From positions 15,017 through 79,016 of IMG/VR virus record IMGVR_UViG_3300021431_000109: a stretch of 64,000 nt of DNA, one strand, 5' to 3'. The notes under the pieces were generated by a model, which saw only the letters and a program-made list of their open reading frames with translations, was not told where the DNA came from and made no database searches. This DNA is from a virus (taxonomy: Duplodnaviria > Caudoviricetes). The position numbers were made by a program, and so were the translations under genes. Shown here one piece after another: positions 7,466 to 18,090 of this stretch. Within the stretch, counting starts at the first letter, position 1; each line of letters begins with the position of its first letter.

Positions 7466-7936
7466 TTATTCAGCCAGTCCCAGCAGGTTGAGCACGTTGC
7501 TCAGGGTCTTTTCGTTGGTCAGCTCGGCGCCATCGAGCTTAATTTGGATTTCTTCGCCGTTTACGTTGATGTCGCCCTTGATGTAGTAGGGAACGCTGTC
7601 CTTTTCCCACTTTTCGCTGATCAGCTTTTCAGTGATAATCCGCTCGAAGTTTTCGCCTTTGTTGTGCTTGCTGTCGGCACTCAGGTCGCCCACGGTCCCG
7701 ACTTCCACAGCTTTACCGCTTGCGATGAACATCCACGCTTGGTCGCTGTTGACGCGGACACGAATCTTGTTATATCCGCCGCGCGCGGCGCTGCACTTGT
7801 CAGCTTTCAGCAGCGCGGTCAGCTCAGCGAATGTCAGCTTGACGTAATACAGGCGGCCGGACTTGATAAAACCGACAATGTAGGAGTGCGCGCCCGCGGT
7901 CTTGTTGTACCAATAAATCATGCTCTCGTGTGTCAT
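7466..7936 (-). CDS. Hypothetical protein, possible PD-(D/E)xK fold; paralog of 2260-2709
   Basis: GENFE...GDINVNGEEIQIKLDGAELTNEKTL shared with the paralog; promoter at 7984-8012. Confidence 0.7.
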   Translation of the reverse strand: MTHESMIYWYNKTAGAHSYIVGFIKSGRLYYVKLTFAELTALLKADKCSAARGGYNKIRVRVNSDQAWMFIASGKAVEVGTVGDLSADSKHNKGENFERIITEKLISEKWEKDSVPYYIKGDINVNGEEIQIKLDGAELTNEKTLSNVLNLLGLAE

Positions 7937-8063
7937 AGTGAAGCCCCTTCCCGGCCGGGTGTCCCGGCCCCTTGATTGACTATATATTACCATATAACCG
8001 GGCGCTTGTCAACAGTTTTTTTTGATTTTTTGAAAAAAATTTTTTGACTATATCCCCGCCGTA

Positions 8064-8100
8064 GTTAAACGCATCTAACCGCCGGTTAGACACCTTGAAC
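8064..8100. repeat. Compact double-palindrome element, copy 12 (last copy)
   Basis: GTTAAA-CGCA-TCTAAC-CGCCG-GTTAGA-CACC-TTGAAC. Confidence 0.8.
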
Positions 8101-8362
8101 CGCCGTATACAAAAAAATAACAGAATGCGACAGGGTGCAATTTTTTTATACCATTGCGCGCGCAAGTTTTCGCGCGTCAGTATACCCCGGGGGCATACAT
8201 GTAGGATTTGGCCAGATTTTGACCGTATTTGACATGGGGCCTCCCATTTTCTCTACACCCGGTAAATTTTAAAACCCATCTCAACAAAATTAAAAACCCA
8301 AATACTTGACACGCCAAAACCCCCTATGTTATAATATAATTACCAAAGTGAGGTGAACGCCC

Positions 8363-9664
8363 ATGAAAAAGAAATACTCACTAAACTACGACATCGAGCG
8401 AGATATCGACCGCGTAGCAGCTGTGAAAGATATTTTAGACTAGCTGGCAACCGACCCCACGCCGCTAGAATTAGAATAGATGGGGTCATATATTTTGTAT
8501 GGGAAGGATGAAAATGGTTTGAATGCGGTTTAGCGCGGCGAAACCACGGACGGCAATAGACGCTACGGTTCATTTAAGAAAAAAGACGATAAGTTGCTTT
8601 CATTAGATGAAATTGTTGATAATCCGTTGGCCGACCAACAAGCATTAAAGCCCATATCATAGAAACAAAATTATACAAAAAAGAAGCCCGAAATCCGCAA
8701 GCCCAAATACGATAAGAAAACCGGCGAACTTATTGATATTGGCGATGCGGATATTCCTGGCATGTAGGAGCTCTGGGATCGTATCGCGCACCTAGAACAT
8801 ATTGTGGCACAAAATGAAGGCAAGGCCGCGATAGATGAAGATACGCGTCTACTTGATAATGGATACCGCCTTTATTAGTTGAAACATATGCTAATTGATG
8901 TGCGCCGCCACCAATACTACCTAAAAGACGCATATAAGCCCACATTGCATTTCCAAACAATAGACCACCCAAAGGCCGCATTCTATGATTGGACATCCGA
9001 CGCATCATATTGGATGCCGCGCGAGTAGTGGCAAGAGCGTGTCGATAACGCCCTTCTATCTTCTATCTCCCGCGACATTAATGACTATGAGACGCGCAAC
9101 AATGGGGCGGAAGTAAAATGGATTGTAAGAAGGCATACATTTGATTGGGAAAATCCGCTACATGTAAGAGCACTTATAAATAATTATGATGCGTTGCGCG
9201 ACCAATTTAGAGAGAAAATAGATACCTACGGCCGCACCCTATTATTTGATTTTGAACGTTATAGAGATATGGCCAATCTAACTGAATTGCGCGCGTACAT
9301 ACTGCGGCTTAAAATAGAGCGTGTTCCATACTCCGACATCATAAATGAACTTCAATTAAAGTTTGGCATTAAATATAATGAAAATCATTTATGTACTATA
9401 CTTTCGCGCGAAATACCAGAACGTATCGCAGAAGCCGCGCGCAAATATCATCTATTATTAGACACGCCGCGCGAAAAAACTAAACTATGTAAATATTGCG
9501 GCCGCTACCTACCAGTTGACCCGCTATTCTTCGTGCGCAACCGCAGCCGCAAAGATGGATTCTCGGGCACTTGTAAGGAATGTGAAAAAAAGAAACGTAT
9601 TGAACGAGGAGGTTAGGGAGTAAATGACAGACGAACTAAAGAAGCGCAAATGTATCAAGTGTAA
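8363..9664 (+). CDS. 433-aa protein with C-terminal HTH-like segment and Zn finger (TAG=Gln)
   Basis: Single frame from MKKKYSLNY to TAA interrupted only by TAG; CKYC...CKEC motif. Confidence 0.75.
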
Positions 9665-10562
9665 GTAGGAGCGGCCCGAAAACTTCTTTTGCTATACACC
9701 ATCACCATACTTTCCCGCGCATCGCTCTATAATATGTACACCATGCTTGGAAAAGATGGTATAGCAAGATAACTTAGGAGAAGTTGATAGATTATGTCGC
9801 TATCTAGATGTTCCTTTTGACCTTAACAAATGGACACAACTTTATAAAGTAAATGGGGAGCATACATTAACGGCCTACTTCAACCTACTTTTAGACGATC
9901 ATTACGATAACTTGTAGTGGATGGATGAAAATGAAAGATGGCGTATTGCGCGCGCCGAAGGCACCATTAATGACGAGATAGAAGTTATTAATGAAGCGAA
10001 AATGAAGAAATTGAAAAAAGAGTGGTCAGCCACATATACAAAAGATGAACTGCTTTTTCTTGATGAGTTTTATAATAATATTGTGGCATCCCAAAATGTT
10101 TCTACTCCAATTCTTCAACACTACGCGCGTGACCTTTGCGAAATTGAGTTGAGAATTAAGAAGGGATTACGTAATGGGGCGGATATTAAAAAGGATATGG
10201 ACGCCCGCGACAATATTATTAAAATTGCGAAGTTTGAAGCCAGTAATGCAAAATCCGCGGCAGACTTTGAATCCGTAGGAGAACTAATGGTCTATTACGG
10301 CAAAAAGGGCTGGCATCCTAAATGGCATGTTGAGCCACGCGATTCTATTGATTTTATGATGTAGAATATTTAGAACTATATCAAGCGCCTTGTAATTAAC
10401 GAAGGTAATTTCGCTGAACAGGTTGAAGACGCGCGCGAACGTTATAACATGACGGAGCGTCTTGAAGAGATAGAGAACGAGGCGGTTGAGTTTGATGAAA
10501 ATGCAGATATTGAATATGAGGGAGAAGATGAATTCGCGGGCGACCTCAATGGGGAGGGGTAA
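9624..10562 (+). CDS. 312-aa Zn-finger protein, putative terminase small subunit (TAG=Gln)
   Basis: CIKC...CTPC at N-terminus, acidic tail, directly upstream of terL. Confidence 0.6.
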
Positions 10563-10564
10563 TA

Positions 10565-12343
10565 ATGGCGGATTTAATATTACGCGATGGTATACCCATT
10601 GAGAAAGGTGTTGTACTTACTAAGGAGTTTTTAGACGCGAATCAAGAATTATTCACTTCATATTTAAATCTTTGGATATTATATCCGGACTTATATTTAG
10701 ATACTATATAGGATTCAGAAGATGCAAAAAACTTCCATTTAATGCCCTTCCAACGCATTGCTCTTCGCGCGAGTATGCGATACAGATATCACAGTTGGAC
10801 TGCTACCCGCGCGACTTCAAAATCATTTACTGCTTATTTAAGTAGCATTGTGCGCGCGGTTCTATTACCACGCTCCAATATTATGATTGCTTCTGATGTT
10901 AAAGGCACGGTTGTTAAAATTGCCGAAGCCAAGTTTGAAGAAATCTTCCGCCATTGGCCGCTATTAGAGAAAGAACTTGCCACACGTGGTGATGATGGCA
11001 AAACCGGTATTAAATCTAGTAATAACTATTACGAACTGCGGTTTAAAAATGGCAGTATGATTACTGTTGTTGCAAAAGATACCTCTCGTGGTCTTCGTGC
11101 TACGGCGGCAATATTAGAGGAAGCCGCACTAATTGACGAAGTGCCATATACCGAAGTTCTATTACCACAAATGAATATCAAGCGCCGCGAAGTTGATGGC
11201 ACCATTAATCCAGAAGAACCTTCTTCTCCACAAACATTTATTACGACCGCGGCAGAACGTACCGTTTTCATGTACTCTAAGGTTATAGAAATTGCTATTA
11301 ACATGGTATTGCGGCCGAATGAATATTTCTGCTGGGGCCTTTCTTACGAAGTCCCGCTACATTACGGGCTTGTAGATAAAGCTACAATATTAGACCAGCG
11401 TTATTCTAATACAGTAAGTGAAGAGTCTTTCGCGCGTGAAAATCTGAGCATATGGACTGGTAATAATAAAGAAGCCTGGCTAAATAGTTCTAGATTAAAT
11501 AAAAAGAGAACTTTATTAAAATGCGAGCGTAAAGCACAAGAGAATCCTGCTAATCCTAAAACATTTTATTTGATAGGTGTTGACGTCGCAAGATATTCTG
11601 CTAATACTGCCGTTATGGTAGCCAAGGTACTACCAAATGTAAATGGATTTAGAAAGAATATTGTATATACAGAAGTAATACATGGCGCAAACTATATTAC
11701 CGAACAAGCGCCGCGGCTAAAAAAATTAATTTAGTTATATAATCCGCGCGAGATTGTTATTGACGGAAACGGCCCCGGTATTGGTTTACTTGATGCTATG
11801 GTGTTACCGTCTTTTGATGCAAAAACGGGTGAGTCTTTCCCAGCATACTTTACTTTCAATAATGAGTATCATTTGCCGCCAGAATTAAAGCATGAAGAAG
11901 AAGCACCTCGGCCAGAGTTTAATGCGATTATTTATGACATTAAAGCCGGGTCTTCTAATGACGACGCTATTCATTCTAACTTCTTTGCTCAGATAAACAA
12001 TGGCTCGGTGAATTTCCTCGCAAGCGAACGCATTGTTAAAGATAAACTAATGCTTACGAAGAAAGGGAAAAAGATGGATTTATATAATAGACGCGCGTTT
12101 TTACTACCATATGAAATGACGTCGCGGCTAATGGATGAGCTAAATAATCTGCGGCTGAAACCTACCGGTATATAGAATCAATTTAAAGTTGAACGTATTT
12201 CTAACTCAATTGAAAAAGACCGTTTCTCTGCGTTAGAGTACACTTTATATAGAGTTAAATATTACGAAGATAAAGCCAATAAAAGAAATAAGAAACGAGA
12301 TTTTAAATCTTCAATTCACTTTACTCCAAGAAGAAGGAGGTGA
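10565..12343 (+). CDS. terL: Terminase large subunit, 592 aa (TAG=Gln)
   Basis: Walker A region ATRATSKS, Walker B ILEEAAL, nuclease IGVDVAR, IDGNGPG, KDRFSAL; three fragments in one frame joined at TAG. Confidence 0.92.
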
Positions 12344-12348
12344 TTTAA

Positions 12349-13896
12349 TTGGCAGAAACACGTGATTTTACATCCTTTAAGAAACGAATGAAACCTATTG
12401 CCCGAGCACCTATTTCTTCGCGGGTTTATAGAAATAAATATGGATGGTAGATTTCCGATCCTGTACGTTCCGATTTTACATTGGAAGAAATATAGGAAAT
12501 CATTCGCTCCGGGGACATAATAGCGCTGCGAGAGTTATCACGATATTTTTATCGCACTAATAGTGAATATAGAAATAATATAGATTTTCTCGCGCATTTG
12601 CCATTATATGATACAGTGGTAATTCCTAATTTTGAAGAGGGCAAAGGCTCAAAGACGCAAATCATCAAAGCATTCTATAATGCTTGCGATTTTATTGATA
12701 AATTAGATGTCCCAAATACTTTCGCAAATATAACTGCGGAATGGATTAAAAATGGTATTTATTATGGTATATTACGAATGGATGGTAATAAACCAGTAAT
12801 TCAAGATTTACCAATAGAGTTTTGCCGCTCACGCTTTAAGGATTTTAATAATCTAAATATGATAGAGTTTAATGTAATGTATTTTGAATCTATCCATGAT
12901 GACGACTTACGAAAAGAGGCGGTTGCTTCTTTCCCAGAAGTAATTCAAAAAGCATGGGCGGAGTGGGTTCGCGGTGGCAAACGCACAGACCCGTGGGTAC
13001 TATTACCTGCTGGTGCTGGTGGAGTTTGTTTCTTCTTTCAACACGACCAGACACCACTTCTAATTGCGAGCATACCACAATTAAAAAAGCTTGATAATGC
13101 TATCGGCCGCGAAGAAAAGCGTGATGAAAATGAATTATATAAATTATTAATTCAAAAAATGCCGGTAGATAAAGATGGTGAATTAGTTTTCTAGTTAGAT
13201 GAAGTTGCAGATATTCATGAATCTGTTGCTGAAATGCTCCAAGAAATTGATACGGTTGATGTATTAACTACATTTGGCGATACGGATTTAGAAAGCCTAC
13301 AAGAATCTAGCGCCGCATCTCAATCCGCGGATAGAATAGAAAAATATCGTAAAAATGTTTGGGATGCTCTTGGCCGCGGTAATATACTATTTAATCCAGA
13401 TGGTAGCTCTTCTCTTGCTTACGCAATTAAAAAAGATGAAGCGCTAATGATTGCATATTTAAATATGTATGAAACTTGGATTAAATATCATATTAATGAT
13501 AAGTTTTCACGCACTGGGCTTACATTTGATTTTGAAATAATTCCCACCACTGTTTTTAACCGCAACGATTTACAGACTGCTTATTTCCGTGGTGCGCAAT
13601 ATGGTTATTCTAAAATGTTTGCGGGCGTTGTAATGGGCATCAAGCAAATGAGTCAATTAAGTCTAATGAACTTTGAAAATGATTTCTTAAAGATGTCAGA
13701 AAAGATGATTCCATTGCAATCTTCTTATACTACTTCTGGTAATGTAGTAGCAAGTGAAGGAAAAACTTCGCAAACTGCACAAAAAACTAGTAATAATTCA
13801 TCGGGTGGCAACCTAGAAAATAAGGGAGGCCGTCCCGAGCTTCCTGATGAAGAAAAATCTGAAAAGACCTAGGCCAACATCGCGGCCGCGGGCTAA
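12349..13896 (+). CDS. Portal protein, 515 aa (TAG=Gln)
   Basis: Position after terL, size, C-terminal GGRPE motif; TTG start after SD AGGAGG. Confidence 0.85.
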
Positions 13897-13908
13897 GGAG
13901 AATGACTT

Positions 13909-15147
13909 ATGGATAGACAGATACCAATTTATTTTGATACTATCATTATTGATTCTCCAACCCAAGAAATATCTAATGAGGATTTAAATGCTTGCCGCTT
14001 ACATGTGGGCGTTTTTACAAAATATAAAAATCGTAACGGCTCATATATTACCGACGATTACGCTGATTTTTTAATTAAATCCGCGACCCGCGGCAATTGC
14101 CCAGTAGTTGGCTTCTTTGACCCAGAAGGCCAAGAATGGGCTTCCCATACAGGACCTAAACTTGCTAATGGCTATGGTTATGTAGAGGGCTTTGATGGCT
14201 GGATTCCATTTGAAGATACGGATGGAGTCACCCGTGACTATGCGACTTTTTCTGTAATTCTCTTTACTGATTATTATGAAGAAGCACGCAAAATCAAGGG
14301 CCAACATCAAAGTATGGAATTAGATCCCGACACAATAGATGGCGCTTGGACTGAATTTGATGGAGAACCATACTTTGTTTACACAAAAGGAAACATGCTT
14401 GGTTTTTGTGTAATTGGGGCACATGAACCTTGCTTTTCAGTATCATCTTTCTTTTCTAAAAATGATGATACATATAAATCACAATATGAGAAGTTCTCTT
14501 CGCTTTTGTCAGGGTTAAAAGAAAAGTTTGAAGAGACTCAAAGAACTACAAAGGGAGGAGAACAACCAATGGATGAGAATATGAATAAAGAAGTTGAAGA
14601 ACCAGTGGTCAATCCTGCCGAAGAACCAACTGAATTTGATAATGCCGAGCAAGGCGAAGCACCTGCCGCGGCGGAAGAACCAGTTGTAGAAGAACCTGTT
14701 GCTGCGGAAGAACCCGCTGAACCAACAGAATTTGAAAAACTTCAACAGGCATATGACACCCTACAAGCTTCTTTCAATGAATTACAAACTAAATTTGATG
14801 AAGCAACAAATAACATTTCTGAGTTTAATGCTACTATTGAAGAATTAAAGGCAGAAAATGCAAAGCTACAAACCGCGGTTGCGAATTATCAAGCGGTTGA
14901 AGCACAAATTGAAGTGGATAAGAAAAACACTTTAATTGAAAAATATGAAAAAGTTTTAGAAGAAGAAGAAATTAATGAAATTAAGAATAAGATTAATGAC
15001 TTCTCTTACGACGAATTAGAAGGTAAATTAGCGATTGTATTTGCTAATAAGCAAATGACTGGCAGTGAGGAATCCACTAAGAAAGTGCCCCTACCAGAAC
15101 CTGAAAAATCTTCTTTCGCTTTACTTATTGAAAAGTATCGTAAATAA
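13909..15147 (+). CDS. Prohead protease/scaffold protein (412 aa)
   Basis: N-terminal NRNG...QSMEL...C.IG..EP protease-like part, acidic linker and coiled-coil C-terminus; between portal and capsid. Confidence 0.8.
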   Translation: MDRQIPIYFDTIIIDSPTQEISNEDLNACRLHVGVFTKYKNRNGSYITDDYADFLIKSATRGNCPVVGFFDPEGQEWASHTGPKLANGYGYVEGFDGWIPFEDTDGVTRDYATFSVILFTDYYEEARKIKGQHQSMELDPDTIDGAWTEFDGEPYFVYTKGNMLGFCVIGAHEPCFSVSSFFSKNDDTYKSQYEKFSSLLSGLKEKFEETQRTTKGGEQPMDENMNKEVEEPVVNPAEEPTEFDNAEQGEAPAAAEEPVVEEPVAAEEPAEPTEFEKLQQAYDTLQASFNELQTKFDEATNNISEFNATIEELKAENAKLQTAVANYQAVEAQIEVDKKNTLIEKYEKVLEEEEINEIKNKINDFSYDELEGKLAIVFANKQMTGSEESTKKVPLPEPEKSSFALLIEKYRK

Positions 15148-15169
15148 TTATTTTAGGAGGGAATAAGTT

Positions 15170-15736
15170 ATGGGTGATATGAAAAGATTTCCATGCGAAC
15201 AATATGCCACCTTAGAGCTAAATCAAGTAGCTTTCCCTAAGACTGGTATGGTTGTTTCTCAGACTCCTCTCGGAGACGCTTTTACCGCGGACGCTCCTTG
15301 CGAAAACGGTATGTGGGTTGTAGCTGACAAAGCTGCTGGCAAGATTAATCCACCCGCTGCTGCTACTGATAAGCCCATTGGTATTGTATATACCACAGAA
15401 AAAGAATATGATATTATGCACTATGGTCTAAAGACCTTTGGCCGCAAGATTGCTGGCGATTATCCTCGTGTCGGTATTCTAAGCGTTGGTGAGACTTTTA
15501 CCACAAATTGCTTACAGTATGATACTACTGACTATGCGAATGACGCTGCTCTAGATACTGCTCTAAAGGCAATTGATACTGCTGAAATGTATGTTGGCAT
15601 TTGCGCTGGTAGTGCTGTTCCACAGCTCTTCCCAAAGGCCAAGAAACCCGCCAGTGGTCCTGTTGGCAAGGTTGTAAAATATTACACTGTACCTAACGGC
15701 GAAAAGGGCGTTAAGTATCAGATTATTAGTCTATAA
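15170..15736 (+). CDS. Head decoration/minor capsid protein (188 aa)
   Basis: Position between scaffold and MCP; no in-frame TAG. Confidence 0.65.
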   Translation: MGDMKRFPCEQYATLELNQVAFPKTGMVVSQTPLGDAFTADAPCENGMWVVADKAAGKINPPAAATDKPIGIVYTTEKEYDIMHYGLKTFGRKIAGDYPRVGILSVGETFTTNCLQYDTTDYANDAALDTALKAIDTAEMYVGICAGSAVPQLFPKAKKPASGPVGKVVKYYTVPNGEKGVKYQIISL

Positions 15737-15754
15737 TAAAGGAGGTGCGGACTT

Positions 15755-16822
15755 ATGAGTAATGATCTAAAAGTTTTAATGAACGGCGTATTTGGTCGTA
15801 AAGTACCTGCCGAGTTCGCGGCCGCCGATTATGACTATGAAGCTGCTCTACATGATGAGCTAGCTAAGCTATTATGCGATGAAAATGGTCGTCTAAATCG
15901 CTATAAGTTTGAGCGCAATAAGATTGACCTATTTGAACTACTTTCTCAGAATCTAGACGAGGTTCTTCCACAGAGCCTAACTGCTGCTTTAGATATGTTC
16001 ACCGAGGTTGTTCGTGTTCCACAGGGCAGCCGTCCAGAGTTCCGTGTAACTCGCGGCAAGCAACGCGGCAAGCAGTTTGTTACCCGTGCTACCGAATCTG
16101 GTAACTATGAAACCTTCCGTCTTGATAGGGATCGTTTCGACATCTACATCTTCGCGCTAGGCGGAGCTGGACAGGTCGATTTCGAGCGCTATCTAGATGG
16201 TGTTGAGTCCATTCGTGACGTCTATGACGTAATTAATGAAGGTATGGTTGACCGCATTTTTGAACTAATTCAGGAAATGCTACTCTCCACTTGGAAGAAG
16301 ATGCTACCTGCCAATAAGGTTCTTGGCAACAACTTCAATCCTGCCGCGATGAAGAAACTTTGCAACACTGTTTCTGCTTATGGTTCTCCAGTTATTTACT
16401 GCTCTGCTGCTTTCGCGGCTGACATGGTAAATGCTATTACCTATAACAACACCACAAAGATTTCTGATCAGGATGTTATTGACATTCGTGAGCGTGGTTA
16501 TGTTGGCAAGTTCCAGGGCGTTCCTGTTGTAATTATGCCACAGTCCTTCACTGATGAGACCAATGAGAATCTAGTTATGAATCCTTCCTTTGCTTATGTT
16601 ATTCCTACTGGCAAAGAAAAGATGATTAAACTAATCTTTGAAGGCAATTCTTACTTCCGTGAGTGGGATGACCACGAGGGCGATAATTCTATCACTCTAC
16701 AGGCTTATACCAAGGTCGGTCTAGCTCTAGTTTCTCCTCTAAACTTCTGGGGTATTTATTACAACAGCGCTTTAGATACAAACACCAACTGGGCTACTTA
16801 TAATTATAATCTAACTCACTAA
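15755..16822 (+). CDS. Major capsid protein (355 aa)
   Basis: Position, size, strong SD, highly biased codon usage, downstream terminator. Confidence 0.85.
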   Translation: MSNDLKVLMNGVFGRKVPAEFAAADYDYEAALHDELAKLLCDENGRLNRYKFERNKIDLFELLSQNLDEVLPQSLTAALDMFTEVVRVPQGSRPEFRVTRGKQRGKQFVTRATESGNYETFRLDRDRFDIYIFALGGAGQVDFERYLDGVESIRDVYDVINEGMVDRIFELIQEMLLSTWKKMLPANKVLGNNFNPAAMKKLCNTVSAYGSPVIYCSAAFAADMVNAITYNNTTKISDQDVIDIRERGYVGKFQGVPVVIMPQSFTDETNENLVMNPSFAYVIPTGKEKMIKLIFEGNSYFREWDDHEGDNSITLQAYTKVGLALVSPLNFWGIYYNSALDTNTNWATYNYNLTH

Positions 16823-16836
16823 GGATTAATATATAT

Positions 16837-16864
16837 GGGGCGAGGATAACCTCGCCCCGCTTTT
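16837..16864 (+). terminator. Rho-independent terminator after MCP
   Basis: GGGGCGAGG-ATAA-CCTCGCCCC-GCTTTT. Confidence 0.8.
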
Positions 16865-16890
16865 CGGAGATAAAAGGAGGATATTATTTT

Positions 16891-17334
16891 ATGGACAGAA
16901 TTACAATTAAAAACATTTGCAATGCAATGGTATCTATCAGCGTACCGGAAGCACAATTTAGTCGCGAAATTCCATCTGGCCGTGAGATTCCGATTCCACA
17001 TGATACTTATGAAGCACTAACTTTTGATCAGGGTTTTATGAATCTTGTGAATATGCATTATATTAAAATTAATGGCGTTCCAGAAGATGAAGCAATTCTT
17101 CCACCAGATGAAGTAGTTACTACTAAAGATGAAATCGCGAAGATGCTAGATGCGTTAGATATTACTGCATTCGCAAAATTTATTCCTAATGCCGCTCCTG
17201 CAGAAAAGGAAACAGTTGTTGACCTTGCTGTAGAAAAAAAGATTACCCATTCTGGGTTTGTTAGTTTGATTAAGAAATATTGCGGCAGAGACGTAATTGA
17301 TCTTATTCATACTAAGCACCAGGAAGAAGAATAA
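16891..17334 (+). CDS. Hypothetical virion protein (147 aa)
   Basis: SD GGAGG, TAA stop, head-neck cluster. Confidence 0.7.
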   Translation: MDRITIKNICNAMVSISVPEAQFSREIPSGREIPIPHDTYEALTFDQGFMNLVNMHYIKINGVPEDEAILPPDEVVTTKDEIAKMLDALDITAFAKFIPNAAPAEKETVVDLAVEKKITHSGFVSLIKKYCGRDVIDLIHTKHQEEE

Positions 17335-17336
17335 AA

Positions 17337-17825
17337 ATGGCGACTCCATTTTTACGTGTATATGACGCTTTTTTAGGGCGTATTACCGCGGATGAGTGGA
17401 CATTAGAAGAGGAGTTAGCCATTGTTGAGCGGGATTGGCAAGAACTTCTCCGTATGGCTATTTTTAGATTTAAATATCCAAGAGTAGAATTAACAGTAGA
17501 AGAATTAGATAGCGAAGAGGGCGATGACAATTCTTAGCTTCATAGATACCAATTTGTTAATGATTTAACAAATGATGAAATTCAATTACTTGCTCTTTAT
17601 ATGAAGCATGAATGGGTTAAAAGATGTGTAGCAAGTTGGGAGAATATCCGACAGTTGTATGCCGATAAAGATTTTTCACAAGCAAATCATTTAGATAAAT
17701 TAAATAAGTTAGAAGCGGCAATTGCGCTTGAAGTTCATAAAGCAGAAGGGATTTATGATCGTTCGCGCGAAAAACGTCCCGCGAATTTATTTAAGAAATT
17801 GGCAGGTAAAAAGAATGTCAACTGA
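17337..17825 (+). CDS. Putative head-tail adaptor, 162 aa (TAG=Gln)
   Basis: Fragments 17337-17537 and 17601-17825 join across one TAG; helical, neck position. Confidence 0.7.
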
Positions 17826-18090
17826 TTTAACTTTTGACGGCTATAGAAATAAACTAAAGGGCCGTTTATATGGGTTGCTTTGTGAAAAAGAAAAAAATGG
17901 CGAATGGGAAAAATTCTTAGACTCAATTTTAATTGAATTAAAAGGATTAGGTTCCAATTCTATTAACTGGTGGCCGCTAATTGGTAAATTATCATCTTTA
18001 CGGTATTTATCTTATGACTATTTTAGAAAAACCGTATTTGAATGTATGAATTTAGTTGGCGGCCTTGAGGCGCCAGATGAGTTACCTTGA
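17815..18090 (+). CDS. Hypothetical protein (91 aa)
   Basis: ATG overlaps previous gene end; TGA stop. Confidence 0.65.
   Translation: MSTDLTFDGYRNKLKGRLYGLLCEKEKNGEWEKFLDSILIELKGLGSNSINWWPLIGKLSSLRYLSYDYFRKTVFECMNLVGGLEAPDELP

Larger units (their letters stand above)
38..8340. promoter_or_regulatory. Cluster of ~20 consensus sigma70/sigmaA promoters (TTGACA-N17-TATAAT/TATACT/TATTAT), most with upstream A/T tracts
   Basis: -35 boxes on + at 2192, 2729, 3219, 3542, 4046, 4266, 4481, 6074, 6679, 8306 (N18); on - ending at 66, 879, 1455, 2072, 3175, 4855, 5136, 5455, 5797, 6029, 7441, 8012. Confidence 0.9.

Noticed and set aside
97-8100. CRISPR array or REP interpretation of the repeated palindromes
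   Set aside because: Copies are 0.5-0.9 kb apart with whole genes between them, the internal N4 and spacer bases vary, and no cas genes are present.
97-8100. Canonical integron attC sites
   Set aside because: The element is shorter (~50 bp), has GTT on the outer left and AAC on the outer right (the reverse of attC), the cassettes carry their own promoters, and no integrase is in the window. The resemblance is noted only as an analogy.
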